Of a stretch of 64,000 nucleotides of DNA, positions 11,600-24,439 are shown piece by piece. Source of the DNA: Pristiophorus japonicus (lineage: Eukaryota); contig NC_091990.1 in the NCBI RefSeq assembly GCF_044704955.1, forward strand, positions 5,828,001-5,892,000, read 5' to 3'. The position numbers and the translations under genes were made by a program. The notes under the pieces are model-generated. The model saw only the letters and a program-made list of their open reading frames with translations, was not told the origin of the DNA and made no database searches. Numbering within the stretch: the first letter of the stretch is position 1; each line of letters begins with the position of its first letter.

Positions 11600-12284
11600 A
11601 ACAACAATAACAAATTGTATTTATATAGCTCCTTTAACTTAGTAAAATGTTCGAAGGCGCGTCTCAGGAATATTATGTCAAAAATTTGACACCGAGCCAC
11701 AGAAGGAGAAGTTAGGGCAGATGACCAAAGGCTTGCTCAAAGAGGTATGTTTTAAGGAGCATCATAAAGGGTGAAGGAGAGGTAGAGAGGCGGAGAGGTT
11801 TAGGGAGGGAGTTCCAAAGCTTGGGACTCAGGCAACCAATGGTTGAGTGATTATCATCAGAGATGCTCAAGAGGGCAGAATTGGAGGGGTGCAGACATCT
11901 TGGGGCGTTATAGAATCATAGAACGGTTACAGCACAGAATGAGGCCATTCGGCCCATCGAGCCCGTGCCGGCTCTCTGCAAGAGCACCTCAGCCAGTCTC
12001 ACTCCACCGCCCTTTCCCTGTAGCCCTGCAATTTTATTTCCTTGTGGGGTCGGAGGAGATTACAGAGATAGGGAGGGGCGAGGGCCATGGAGGGATTTGT
12101 AAACAAGGATGAGAATTTTGAAATCGAGGCATTGCTTCACCGGGAGCCAATGTAGGTCAGCGAGCACAGCGGTGATGGATAAATGGGCAGCCAAGTTTTG
12201 GATTACCTCAAGTTTACGTTAGGGTAGAACGTGAAAGGCCAGCCAGGAGTGCTTTGGAAAGGTCAAGTCTAGAGGTAACAAGGT
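11600..12284 (-). mobile_element. L2 LINE 3' fragment containing a short CR1 3' piece (~11910-12030)
   Basis: LVTSRLD motif; PKLWNSLP; tail GCTATATAAATACAA(TTG)n. Confidence 0.8.
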
Positions 12285-12793
12285 TGTATATAGAGAGTGA
12301 CCCTTCCAATTTCTGTATCTTTCGAGCCCTCTGGGATACTGTTGAAAAGCATGATCTTTTGCATGATATTTTGACGACATCAAAGGAAAATGTCATAGAT
12401 AAGACTGTCAGATGAATCTATTCCCAAACCCTTTGAAAAAAGGCAATTCATGTAAACGGTTTGCAATTATTTACTTCAGAACTACTTCCTTTAAACAAGA
12501 TGTAACAGTTACTAACATCTTTGAAGAGAACGCTTTATCAACTGCTCTCTGTAGCTACCAGTATTTTATTAGCCTAACACTAACAATACATTTTATTACC
12601 TACACTTATTTCCGTACTTTACACATCAGAAGACAAACCGTGCTTTCTCCTCACCACACTTCAAAGTCATCGTGTTTAGATATCGGAAAGCCTGCTGCTT
12701 CAAGACACAAAATAGTTCGACGGTTTGCCCTCCACTCCCCAAGATGTCCACCTCACATTTCTCCAGGACGTCCAACATTGAGTACAGCATGAC

Positions 12794-13499
12794 AGGCTGG
12801 ATTTTTGGCTTGGCCGTTTTCGCGGCGAAAACGGAGGCGGGGCGGGAGATATGTTTGTATGGGGTACTGAAGTTGCGTGTTCAGCCATGAACTCATTAAA
12901 TGGCGGTGCAGGCTAGAAGGGCCGAATGGCCTACTCCTGCACCTATTTTCTATGTTTACTATGTTTCTATTTACTGCCTGATTAACGTTTGCACTTTGTG
13001 GAGCAACTTTCGTCACTTGGGCCCTGCCCCGGGGCGTGGCGCAAAGGGAAGCGTTGCACTAGCTTCACGACGCATAAACGGGATCCTTGCCAGGCGTGCG
13101 CCGAGAGAGGCCTCGGGAGGGGGAAAGAAACAAAAAAAATTCACAAAGACTTTCAAATAAAACATTGCCAACACCCTTACCAAACAAATCGCTGCAAAAA
13201 ATATAAAACAATAAAAACTTTAACTTAGCTTTTTTATCCAAGTCACCGCCGTTGGCAGGGCTGCTCCGTTGTGTTTTCCCTGGCGGTCACCACGAGGCGC
13301 GTTTTGCGGCGTACCGGTCGGGTGTTTGACGAGACCTCTGCCGGTGTCGCACTGCGAGCCGTTGCTTTCCCGGCGGTGTTTCGAAGCTCCGCCGCATAAA
13401 CCGGCCCGAGGATCGCGCCCGGACGATAAACAGCTGAGTGCCCCATTTACCGCCGCGGAGGGTGAAAACCCGGTCGCGAACGACCCGAAAATCCACCCC
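12794..13499. mobile_element. GC-rich non-autonomous DNA transposon (Harbinger-type MITE) containing a CR1 3' tip (12857-12968)
   Basis: Termini GGCTGGATTTT / AAAATCCACCCC. Confidence 0.7.
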
Positions 13500-13919
13500 A
13501 TTATATTGCACGTCCAGGCCCAACAGTAAGTAATGTCTGTGTTCCTATCTGTCTATATATCTGTGAGCCTTTTACCACACGCTAAAGCTCTTTCCATTTC
13601 AGATACTGACTGTTATCATTGTTGCTTGACGTTCCTTTATCCACAAGGCTGCCATTTCAACTCCCTAATTTGCCTCCAATTGCTCAAGGCCACTGCTTTA
13701 ATTCTTTAAGCTTTCCCTCTTTACCCGGACCACCATTCCTCTCGCCACTGCTCTAATCCCCAGGCTACAATTTTAATTTTCCAATCTATCACTTGTCTTT
13801 TACAAAGTCATTTCCATTATCTAGATCACTGATTCTGTTCACAAAGCCGCTGTTCTCCCTCAAGGCCCTCACCTTGAGAGACCTTCGCTGTTGCTCCCTC
13901 AGGTTCAAAAATATACACA

Positions 13920-14055
13920 AATAGCAAAACACTGTGAAAAGCTGAAACCTGTGCAAGAGTCCGCAGATCTGAATTGCCAACTGACTGACTTCTGTTTTTC
14001 CACAGATGTTGCCTGACACGCTGAGTATTTCCAGCTTTTTCAGTTTCTGTTTTCA
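13920..14055. mobile_element. Penelope-like terminal remnants in inverted arrangement
   Basis: CACAGATGTTGCCTGACACGCTGAGTATTTCCAGC matches 34090-34145 and 42935-42962. Confidence 0.6.
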
Positions 14056-14202
14056 AAAGGCTATGTTTCCCTCCAAGGACAATGGCCAGCTCATCACCAC
14101 ACCATTGCGCTCACCTCATTCAAACCACTTCGCGATTTACTCCTCTGAAAGTTCATGAATAATTATTTTGAAAAAAAAGACGACTTTTAGATGCTTTACG
14201 CA

Positions 14203-14400
14203 TAGAATCATATAGAGTCTCTCAGCACAGAAGGAGGCCATTCGGCCCATCGTGCCTGTGCCGGCTCTTTGAAAAGCTATTCGGTAAGTCCCACTCCTCT
14301 CGTTCTTTCCTCATCGCCTTTCAATATGTTCCCCGACAAGTATTTATCCAATTCCCTTTTGAATGCTACTATTGAATCTGCTTCCACTGCCCTTCCAGAT
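14203..14400 (-). mobile_element. CR1-group 3' fragment
   Basis: CACAGAAGGAGGCCATTCGGCCC 3' hairpin. Confidence 0.7.
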
Positions 14401-14719
14401 TATAATCTGAGTAAAAATAATTCCTCTTACCTCCCCTCTTGCTCATTTGCCATTTACCTTGGAGCACCAGCACTTGACATTCTAAAAGCCGAGCAGGATT
14501 CCTGGGCACTGCAGAGCATGGTGGGCGAAGGGTTCTCCCGCTTGTCTGTCGTAACTTTGACGGAAGAGCCATGTGATCCCGGAGAACCGGCGTAAACACC
14601 AGAGTCAATCGGTTTTCAATCCGCCTGTTGTCAGGTTTCTGTATTTAACCCGATTATTATTTGTGTTGCTGTATATGAATTAAAAAAAAGTATTTTCTGC
14701 AGCCCTGTTTTTATTTTGT

Positions 14720-15605
14720 GGGGCTATCCCTATCTCTCAGAAGGTTAGCTCACAGAATTCCCGGGCGTGCGGTAATCACTCAGAAACCGCTGGAAATACA
14801 AAGGCGCGCTCCCACCGCCCGTCAATACTGTGCGTAAATAAAACCCCCAGCAATTTCAGGCACGGAAGAGGTACGTTGCAAGTTGGGAATCGCCACAAAT
14901 TGCTGGACAATTTCCGCTGATCAGCCATAAACCCCGCAAAAACGGGAGTTCACCATCAACCGCCCCGGTGACATTCATTGAGTGGCAAGAAATTACTGGG
15001 TTTGTGCGGCAAATATGAAATAATTTAGGGCTGGTAATTCATGTTGCAATAATGATACCTGCTAATGAGAAGATTTATGGTCCTAAATTGACTCTCAACC
15101 TTGGAGGCCCAGAGAGATGAAATGAAACTGTGGTGTATCACTCTCGCAGGTAGTAAATTGTTCCTGGAGAGTTTTAAAATTTGAACTTATAATTTTTTTC
15201 CTTCCCGTCTCCTAATCCACTCTCTTTCTTTTCCTCTCTTACTTACCCGCTCTTTCTGTATCTAATTTATCTCTCCCTTCCCTGTCGTTCGCTCGGTTTC
15301 TCTCACTATCCATATAATTCATTGGTTAAGGAGCTAGACCAGGGAGCAAAGGCACGCGCAGTTCGTAGCGGACACTGCCGCGTGGACAGGCCCCTCCCTT
15401 TCCATTAAAGGGGAGGGGCCATGCTGCCGGCTCTGCGGGTGGGAAAGGGGGCCGTCGCCGGACCACCGGGGAGCAGGCCGCCATAGCAGCAAGCAGGACG
15501 CCGGGACTGCGGGATCGCAGCAAGGACCCCGGGATCCACCAACAAGTCCGCCACCGGTAAATCGGACATTTTTCTTTTTACTGCTCCCCTTTAATTTTCG
15601 CCCCA
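14720..15605. mobile_element. Composite degenerate non-autonomous DNA transposon(s)
   Basis: GC-rich block ending AATTTTCGCCCC, like the other MITE ends in the window. Confidence 0.45.
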
Positions 15606-15624
15606 AGAGTGGCCTACAAAATGC

Positions 15625-16358
15625 TGCAGGACAGAGGGACCTGGGGGTCCTTGTGCATGAAACACAAAAAGTTAGTATGCAGGTACAGCAAGTAATCAGG
15701 AAGCAAATGGAATGTTGGCCTTTATTGCATGGGGGATAGAGTTTAAAAACAGAGAAGTCCTGCTACAACTGTACAGGGTATTGGTGAGGCCACACCTGGA
15801 GTACTGCGTACAGTTTTGGTCTCCGTATTTAAGGAAGGATATACTTGCATTGGAGGCTGATCAGAGAAGGTTCACTCGGTTGATTCCAGAGATGAGGGGG
15901 TTGACTTATGAAGATACGTTGAGTAGGTTGGGCCTATACACATTGGAGTTCAGAAGAATGAAAGTGATCTTATCGAAACATATACGATAATGAGGGGGCT
16001 CGACAAGGTGGATGCAGAAAGAATATTTCCACTCATAGGGGAAACTAAAACTAGGGGACATAGTCTCAGAATAAGGGGCCGCCCATTTAAAACTGAGATG
16101 AGAGGAATTTCTTCTCTCAGAGGGTTGTAAATCTGTGGAATTCTCTGCCCCAGAGAGCTGTGGAGGCTGGGTCATTGAATATATTTAAGGCGGAGATAGA
16201 CAGATTTTTGAGCGATAAGGGAATAAAGGGTTATGGGGAGTGAGCAGGGAAGTGGAGCTGAGTCCATGATCAGATCAGCCATGATCTTATTGAATGGTGG
16301 AGCAGGCTCGAGGGGCCGAATGGCCTACTCCTGCTCCTATTTCTCATTTTCTTGTGTT
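15625..16358 (+). mobile_element. CR1 3' fragment
   Basis: LVRPHLEYCVQFWSP; 3' hairpin and tail. Confidence 0.92.
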
Positions 16359-16624
16359 CTAACGAGGTTCTAATGAATTTTCGCTGCGAGGCAGAAACAG
16401 GTTGCTGCGCACAGTGATGACATCATCCTCGCCGCTGAAGCGGGCCAGGGCGCTACAGGTTACCACTGCCGCTAAATGCTTGGGCAATTTTCGGGGAATT
16501 TTCGGGGAGTCAGTCATGATGCCACGCCTCGGCGAAAACGTCGTTTGCGTTGCGTTAGCCCCCCGGGAAGCGTTCATGGGAGTCACAAATGTCCCACATT
16601 TCCCCCCTGCGCTTCACTTACTAG

Positions 16625-16935
16625 AGGGAGTGAATGGGAAGGACCTGTTTCCCTTGGCAGAGGCGTCAACAACCAGGGGGCATAGATTTAAAGTAATTGG
16701 TAGAAGGTTCAGAGGGGAGTTGAGGCGAAATGTTTTCACCCAGAGGGTGGTGGGGGTCTGGAACTCACTGCCTGAAAGGGTGGTAGAGGCAGAAACCCTC
16801 ACCACATTTACTTGGATGTGCACTTGAAGTGCCGTAACCTACAGGGCTACGGACCGAGAGCTGGAAAGTGGGATTAGGCTGGGTGGCTCCTTCTCGGCCA
16901 GCACAGAAAGTATCGGCCAAAATGACCTCCTTCTG
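16625..16935 (+). mobile_element. CR1 3' fragment (divergent family)
   Basis: TTRGHRFKV...FTQRVVGVWNSLP. Confidence 0.85.
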
Positions 16936-17458
16936 TACTTGCTTGACAGTGACCAGTTTACTCTGCTCAATATGTGGTACAGGGAGCTGATTAGCTTTAA
17001 CTGGTGATCAGTGACCTGAGGCGTTTTGTTAGGTTAGCCTGTTTCTCCACATATGATTCACGTGAAGAGAAAACCACACACGCGCTATAATGTGTATTAG
17101 TAAACTCAGATCCACTTTAAATGTCTGTGCAGTACGGCGCTTACAAGATTTTCAACAATAATATATTGACTTGGATTCAAAACATGCATGAACCTTTTCA
17201 ACTGGTCCTTCAGTCTTGATGGACAAATCCTATCCAGTCCCTGAACTAAAAATTGCAAAGTTTGAGCTGAGGCTAATTGTCGCAATATGATATCGGTTTG
17301 TTCTTCGTTTTCAATATGTTTGTGTATTGACCTTTGGTGTACGCCATGGACCCTCACAATTTGCCCTTATGTTTCAGGGTTTTGCCAGGTCCTGCACCTT
17401 CTGGTACCGAAGGGGTGATCCCAAATCTCCACAAATGCCTTCACTGGTTGGCTGATGG

Positions 17459-17997
17459 AATCCCCTGGGAGGACAGACGCACCAACGCCAGTGTTCTCGA
17501 TCAGACCAACATCCCCAGCATCGAAGCACTGACCACACTCGATCAGCTCCGCTGGGCAGGCCACATTGTCCGCATGCCCGACACGAGACTCCCAAAGCAA
17601 GCGCTCTACTCGGAACTCCGACACGGCAAGCGAGTCCCAGGTGGGCAGAGGAAACGTTTCAAGGACATCCTGAAAGCCTCCCTGATAAAGTGCAACATCC
17701 CCACCGACACCCGGGAGTCCCTGGCCAAAGACCGCCCTAAGTAGAGAAAGTGCATCCGGGAGGGCGCTGAGCACCTCGAGTCTCATCGCCGAGAGCGTGC
17801 AGAAACCAAGCACAGGCAGCGGAAGGAGCGTGCGGCAAACCAGACTCCCCACCCACCCTTTCCTTCAACCACTGTCTGTCCCACCTGTGACAGAGACTGT
17901 AATTCCTGTATTGGACTATTCAGCCATCTGAGAACTCACTTTTAGAGTGGAAGCAAGTCTTCCTCGATTCCGAGGGACTGCCTATGATGATGATGAT
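17459..17997 (+). mobile_element. RTE LINE 3' fragment
   Basis: IPWEDRRTN...RWAGHIVRMPDTRLPKQ; CPTC zinc finger; (TGA)n tail. Confidence 0.92.
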
Positions 17998-18087
17998 TTT
18001 AAGCCAGTCATGGCACATCTATCCAATTGTCCCTCTCCATACCTCACCCACTGCGAGATGCTACTGCCTCTATTTATGTCTCTTGTG

Positions 18088-18729
18088 CCAGCTGTGGCTC
18101 ATTGAGTATCACTCTACCCTCTGAGTCAGAAGGTTGTGGGTTCAAGTCCCATTCCAGGAACTTGAGCACAAAAATCTAGGCTGACTCCAGTGCAGTGCTG
18201 AGGGAGTGCTGCACTGTCGGAGGGACCATCATTCGGATGAGATGTTAAACCGAGGCCCCGTCTGCTCTCTCAAGTAGACGTGAAAGATCCCATGGCACAA
18301 TTTCGAAGCGTGTTGGGACACCCGCTGGTCATGAAAGGCACTACTCCTTGTGATATCCCAAAATGGGGTTGTATGGACCATGGGATAGGTCTCCACTCTC
18401 CAGCTCTGCCTATTTTGTTTCCATCGCTTGACTTTCCTTGCCTATTTTTCCTAACACGTCTTTTTAAAAACTGAATTGGATGTAAAAGGTTCCATGGCAC
18501 TATTTTGAAAAAGAGCATGGGAGTTCTACCCAGTGTCCTGGGCCAATATTTAATCGATGATCAGGTCATTATCACATTGCTGTTTGTGGGAGCTTGCTGT
18601 GCACAAATTGGCTGCTGCGTTTCCCACATTACAACAGTGACTACACTCCAAAAATACTTCATTGGCTGTAAAGCGCTTTGAGGTGTCCGGTGGTCGTGAA
18701 AGGCGCTATATAAATGCAAGTCTTTCTTT
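18088..18729 (+). mobile_element. Deu-type SINE, rearranged with an internal duplication or insertion
   Basis: tRNA head at 18090, body repeated at ~18480, tail at 18705-18729. Confidence 0.8.
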
Positions 18730-19215
18730 AATGAAACCTCTCCTATTGGAGGTTGGCCTCTCTTCAGTGACCGAATCACAGGTCGGGATCTGAGCATAGT
18801 CTCGGGCCACTTGAAGTCAAGGCTGATTTGTCAGATTTGGATTCTTTAGTATTCCACAAGGATAATGGCTCAGAAAAATTAGCAAGTGAATCTGGCATCT
18901 ATTTGAAATTCTAAGCAGGGTATCGGAGTCCTTGGCTACTGTAACCTGACCTGCTGTCTAATTTACATTCCCCAATGTGACGTTCCTCCAAAAGGTATGT
19001 GTGTCATTTGAAACATGCATACATTAGAGGAAGCTCTGTGTTAATTCAGTCCCTGCAAATGACCAGTTCCTTTTCTTCTTTGAGTGTTTTTTTGGAGAAG
19101 CAACAGCCATTATTTGTGACTGAATTCTGTAGTCCTGCTTCTGACAGAACATTCCGGCTCTGACTCCAAGACTCTGCTTCAAATTTACTTGTTGTAATGC
19201 ACTTGGGGAGGACTA

Positions 19216-19560
19216 TCATCATCAGAGGCAGTCCCTCAAAGCCTCACTGATAAAATGCAACATCCCCACCGACACCTGGGAGTCCCTGGCCAAAGACCAC
19301 CCTAAGTGGAGGAAGAGCATCCGGGAGGGCGCTGAGCACCTCGAGTCTCGTCGCCGAGAGCATGCAGAAATCAAGCGCAGGCAGCGGAAGGAGCGTGCGG
19401 CAAACCAGACTCCCCACCCACCCTTTCCCTCAACCACTGTCTGTCCCACCTGTGACAGAGACTGAAGGCCCCTCATTGGAGTCTTCAGTCACCTGAGAAC
19501 TCATTTTTAGTGTGGAAGCAAGTCTTCCTCGACTCCGAGGGACTGCCTACGATAATGATG
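19216..19560 (+). mobile_element. RTE 3' fragment with an inverted copy of the tail at its 5' end
   Basis: ATCATCATCAGAGGCAGTCCCTC fused to AAAGCCTC... Confidence 0.85.
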
Positions 19561-19664
19561 TAGGCCGTGAGCTTGGTGCCGGGTTTGAGATTCAGATCTT
19601 CGAACACTCGTTTTCTCAGGTGACCGAAGGCTGCACTGGCACACTGAAGGCAGTGTTGGGACGT

Positions 19665-19950
19665 AGTTAAAACACTAGTTAGGCCACAGCTGGAGTACTG
19701 CGTGCAGTTCCGGTCACCACATTACAGGAAAGATGTGATCGCATTAGAGAGGGTACAGAGGAGATTTACGAAGATGTTGCCTGGACTGGAGAATTTTGGC
19801 TAGGAGGAAAAACTGGATAGGTTGGGGTTTTCTTTGGCTACTGCCTAAGACCTGGAAAGTGGGATTAGGCTGGATAGCTCTTTGTCGGCCAGCGCGGACA
19901 CAATGGGCCGAATGGCCTACTTCTGTGCTGTAAGTTTTGAGGATTCTATG
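19665..19950 (+). mobile_element. CR1 fragment, internally deleted
   Basis: [12 protein letters not shown]; [13 protein letters not shown]. Confidence 0.75.
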
Positions 19951-20106
19951 AGGCGGCCCTACGCAGCTCGCTCAGAAACTGTCGAAACCTACGTGTAGGA
20001 AATAGAATTACCGCTTCTCTCGGGTGATGCGGTTGGTGATTGTTCTGTACGGTGCCGTGCGCAGCCAAGGGGATCCAACCAGCAGTACCTGGTCTGTGGT
20101 CCCTCT

Positions 20107-20730
20107 CTCATAGGCAGTCCCTCGGAATCGAGGAAGACCTGCTTCCACTCTTAAAGTGACTCCATAGGTGACTGAACAGTCCAATACGAGAGCCACAGTC
20201 CCTGTCACAGGTGGGGCAGACAGTGGTTGAGGGAAGGGGTGGGTGGGACTGGTTTGCCGCACGCTCCTTCCGCTGTCTGCGCTTGATTTCTGCATGCTCT
20301 CGGCAATGAGACTCGAGGTGCTCAGCGCCCTCCCGGATGCACTTCCTCCACTTAGGGCGGTCTTTGGCCAGGGACTCCCAGGTGTCGGTGGGGATGTTGC
20401 ACTTTATCAGGGAGGTTTGAGGGTGTCCTTGAAACGTTTCCTCTGCCCACCTTTGGCTCGCTTGCCGTGAAGGAGTTCCGAGTAGATTGCTTGCTTTGGG
20501 AGTCTCGTGTCAGGCATGCGAACAATGTGGCCCGCCCAACGGAGCTGGTCGAGTGTGGTCAGTGCTTCGATGCTGGTGATGTTAGCCTGAATGAGGACGC
20601 TAATGTTGGTACGTCTGTCCTCCCAGGGGATTTGTAGGATTTTGCAGAGACTTCGTTTGTGGTATTTCTCCAGCAACTTGAGGTGTCTACTGTACATGGT
20701 CCATGACTCTGAGCCATACAGGAGGTCTGT
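20107..20730 (-). mobile_element. RTE LINE 3' fragment
   Basis: LLYGSESWT...RWAGHIVRMPDTRLPKQ. Confidence 0.92.
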
Positions 20731-21343
20731 GTTAAACCAGTAAGGACAGCAAGCAAGGTGTTTCGGGTCAGGAAGCGACGGTAAAAGAAATGTTGGCTCC
20801 CTACAGTGACTGGTATCCAAATGGAATGTGCACATTTGTGGATTTTGGACGAGGACAGAGACAGGGTTTTGGCTGCAATGCCCTCTGTGGTTAAAAACTA
20901 AGTCTAGTAACTCTCAGTCTCCAGGCATGCACATGAAGAATGTCCACTTGGCTGAGGTATCCAACAGTCACTGGCCCTGGTGGAACCGTATCACGGTGGA
21001 CGTCACCACCTTCAGGAGAGGAGAGAAATCATTTCAAATATGCACTTTCCATGCGCCAATAATGGCCATGCATGAAACGTTATCCGCCTGCAGTAGTAAT
21101 ATGCTGGGTTTTAATTGGAAATTCTAGCCTGTAAACAATTGGCTTTTAATAAACAGAAAATTCCTCCAGCGGTCAGGTTCCAAGCAACAATTCATTTCTA
21201 TAATTTCATCTGCAGCAGGAATCAGAGTTTAATCGTGATGTTTTCCCCACTGCCTGAGAGCAGCGCGTTATGATGCTGGAGAGAGAAAGCAGAGCTCGGC
21301 TCCCAACGGATGACCTGACAGCATTCACCGACTAAACTATCAT

Positions 21344-21809
21344 GGGCGAGAAATTCGGTCGGAGGGTTCCTAAGGCGCTAATGTCAGGCGGGCGCTAAAC
21401 TTAGCGCCGGAAATTTGTTAGCGACGGGAAAAGCAAAATTCAGTTTCTGCACCCTTAGGGCGCTAGGCCGGGTGAGCAACTGAATATCCCGGGCTAAAAA
21501 GCCGGCTTTGGAGCGCCCTGAGAGAGGCCACCCTGCAAAAATAAAAATCAGAACAAAAAACACAAAAAACATTACCCATACATTACTCACCCCAAATAAA
21601 GTTAAATCACAAAAAAAACATATCGATCACGGTTAACTTCCTTCCCTCAGTGCCCCGTGACAGCTCTGCTGGCCAGCTTTCTCTGGCGAGCTCACTAGGG
21701 GGGCAATCTGCATGACCCCTGACCCAGGAAAAGGGGCCGGGGTTACGGCAGGGTCAGGCCGGCGCCCAGCTCTACCACTACCCTGCCACGAAGAGGAGAA
21801 TCCAGCCCC
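21344..21809. mobile_element. Harbinger-type MITE
   Basis: GGGCGAGAAATT / AATCCAGCCCC ends; internal block shared with 58977-59579. Confidence 0.7.
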
Positions 21810-21874
21810 TCAAATCTACTCATGTGACCACGGGGGCCTAAGCTTTGCTCGGCAGTGAGGGAAAGGAGAAATGA

Positions 21875-22037
21875 TGCAGGTATAGCAAGTGATCAGGAAG
21901 GCCAATGGGATGTTGGCCTTTATTGCAAGGGGGATAGAGTATAAAAGCAGAGAAGTCCTGCTACAACTGTACAGGGTATTGGTGAGGCCACACCTGGAGT
22001 ACTGCGTGCAGTTCCGGTCTCCGTATTTAAGGAAGGA
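21875..22037 (+). mobile_element. CR1 fragment
   Basis: KANGMLAFIARG...RPHLEYC. Confidence 0.85.
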
Positions 22038-22038
22038 T

Positions 22039-22240
22039 GATCATCGTAAGCAGTCTCTCGGGGATTTGCTTCCACACTAAAAATGAGATCTCAGGTGACT
22101 GATGAAAATGCCTGTGTGTGGATTCTTTTAACGTGGGGCGGCCATTGCACACCAGCCACCACATGGGCTTGACGGAGCAAGGCCTTGGTCCCAGTGGCAA
22201 GGGGGATCCCAGACGTCTGGAGACCAGGCTCGGCCACATG
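22039..22240 (-). mobile_element. Short non-autonomous RTE-tailed element
   Basis: Core shared with 3311-3430 and 60360-60480, joined to an RTE 3' end. Confidence 0.75.
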
Positions 22241-22252
22241 TGCCAATACACA

Positions 22253-22553
22253 ATCATCATCATCATCATCATCATCATAGGCAGTCCCTCGAGATCGAGG
22301 AAGACTTGCTTCCACTCTTAAAGTGAGTTCTCAGGTGACTGAACAGTCCAATTACAGGGAATTACAGTCTCTGTCACAGGTGGGACAGACAGTGGTTGGA
22401 GGAAAGGGTGGGTGGGGAGTCTGGTTTGCCGCACGCTCCTTCCGCTGCCTGCGTTTGGTTTCTGCATGCTCTCGGCGACGAGACTCGAGGTGCTCAGCGC
22501 CCTCCCGGATGCACTTCCTCCACTTGGGGCGGTCTTTGGCCAGGGACTCCCAG
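22253..22553 (-). mobile_element. RTE 3' fragment with a long (TGA)n tail
   Basis: WESLAKDRPKWRKCIREG...CPTC. Confidence 0.9.
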
Positions 22554-23283
22554 GAATACACACAGACAAACTCAAACATACTCCAAATAACTGAGACTTG
22601 ACAGGTACATCACCTTCCAATGGATTACACACGCGATCTGTACCATCTGCAGCACGTCCTGTACCCACCAGCCAGTACTATGGCTCACTCACTGGTTAGC
22701 AGACAACGGCGTTGCAAAAATAATTTAAATGAGTTTCCCCTCTTGCGTAACAATCCACAACAAAGTTCAACAAATTATTGTACAGACTGTCGCAAACACT
22801 TTACCCCCTCCAACCCTCCCCGTCACCCCTCTTCCTCGCCACCCGTCCCTCACTCCTCCTCATCCTCCCTCCCCCCATCTGTCCAGCTCGCTCACCAAAC
22901 TCGTTGTCATGACGCCCTCACGAATAATAATAACAAGGAAGGATATACTTGCATTGGAGGCAGCTCAGGGAAGGTTCACTAGGTTAATTCCAGAGATGAG
23001 GGGGTTGACTTATGTCATGTATGTAGACCATGTATACTAACTGTATAACCACATAAGGTGTGCCACCAGAGGGCACTGCGGTGGGAGACCTGAGGGTCAC
23101 CTGCATAGGTGTGCAGGGCCCAGTATAAAAGGCTGCCCACCGTGCTTGTGCCTCACTCTGGAGTTACAATAAATGGGACTAAGGTCACAACAGCTCAAGT
23201 ACAACACTAGACCTCGTGGAGTCATTCATAAGAGTATTAAAGACATAACAACTGGCGACAAGGTTACGAACTTTCACGCAAAA

Positions 23284-23940
23284 ATGAATAACGTTGGTGC
23301 ATTAGAAAAGTTCTCCGAGGGTGAAGATTGGGAAGCCTTTATGGAACGGCTCGACCAATATTTCATGGCAAATGACCTGGTAGGCGCTGATCCGGCCACG
23401 CTGGCAGATAAGCGCAGAGCTATCCTGTTGACCAGTTGTGGGCCCGCGGTCTACGGCCTCGTCAGGGACTTGCTTGCACCAGAAAAATCAACGACCAAGT
23501 CATACGAGGAGCTGAAAGTGCTAATTCGGGACCAACTCAAACCGAAGGAGAGCATTCTCACGGCCAGGCATCGATTTTATATACACCCCTGCCCCGAGGG
23601 CCAGGAAATCGCGAAGTACGCTGCCGACCTCAGGAGGCTGGCAGGACCGTGTGAATTCGACGCATCCCTCGCCGATGCCTTGCGGGACGTCTTCATAATT
23701 GGCATCGGTCATGAGGCCCTTCTTCACAGGCAACTGTCTGCTGAAACCACCGTCACTCTGCAGAAGGCCATCAGCATCAGCCAGGCGTTCTTGACCTCGA
23801 GCTGCAGCTCCAAGCAAGTGATGACTCACTCTCAGGACTCAAACCTGGCAAGTACTGTCAATAGAATGGCGCCTTTCACAGGCAGAACTGTTGAACGTGA
23901 ATCTGCCCAGGGCAGAGCGTACAGGCTCCCGAGTCTTTAA
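23284..23940 (+). pseudogene. Gypsy gag (capsid part), truncated
   Basis: EDWEAFMERLDQYF...LRRLAGPCEF...LRDVFIIG; homologous to the gag at 37535. Confidence 0.88.
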
Positions 23941-24038
23941 CTCAGAGTCCGCCGAGGGGTGCAAACGTAAGTCGAGTAGCATCATGCTGACGTTGCGGAG
24001 GTAATCACAGGGCTCCTCAGTGTCGGTTCAGAGACATT

Positions 24039-24402
24039 GAAACATAGAAACATAGAAAATAGGTGCAGGAGTAGGCCATTCGGCCCTTCGAGCCTGCACC
24101 ACCATTCAATGAGTTCATGGCTGAACATGCAACTTCAGTACCCCTTTCCTGCTTTATTGCCATACCCCTTGATCCCCCGAGTAGTAAGGACTTCATCTAA
24201 CTCCTTTTTGAATATATTTAGTGAATTGGCCTCAACAACTTTCTGTGGTAGAGAATTCCACAGGTTCACCACTCTCTGACTGAAGAAGTTTCTCCTCATC
24301 TCGGTCCTAAATGGCTTACCCCTTATCCTTAGACTGTGACCCCTGGTTCTGGACTTCCCCAACATCGGGAACATTCTTCCTGCATCTAATCTGTCTAAAC
24401 CC
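24039..24402 (-). mobile_element. CR1 3' fragment, nearly identical to 439-800
   Basis: Direct comparison. Confidence 0.93.
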
Positions 24403-24439
24403 GTACAACAACAAAGGGTGTAGCCCCATTCAAGCAAGG

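Noticed and set aside
17106-17450. Short ORF and exon-like GFARSCTFWYRRGD segment
   Set aside because: Weak donor site and no recognisable homology.
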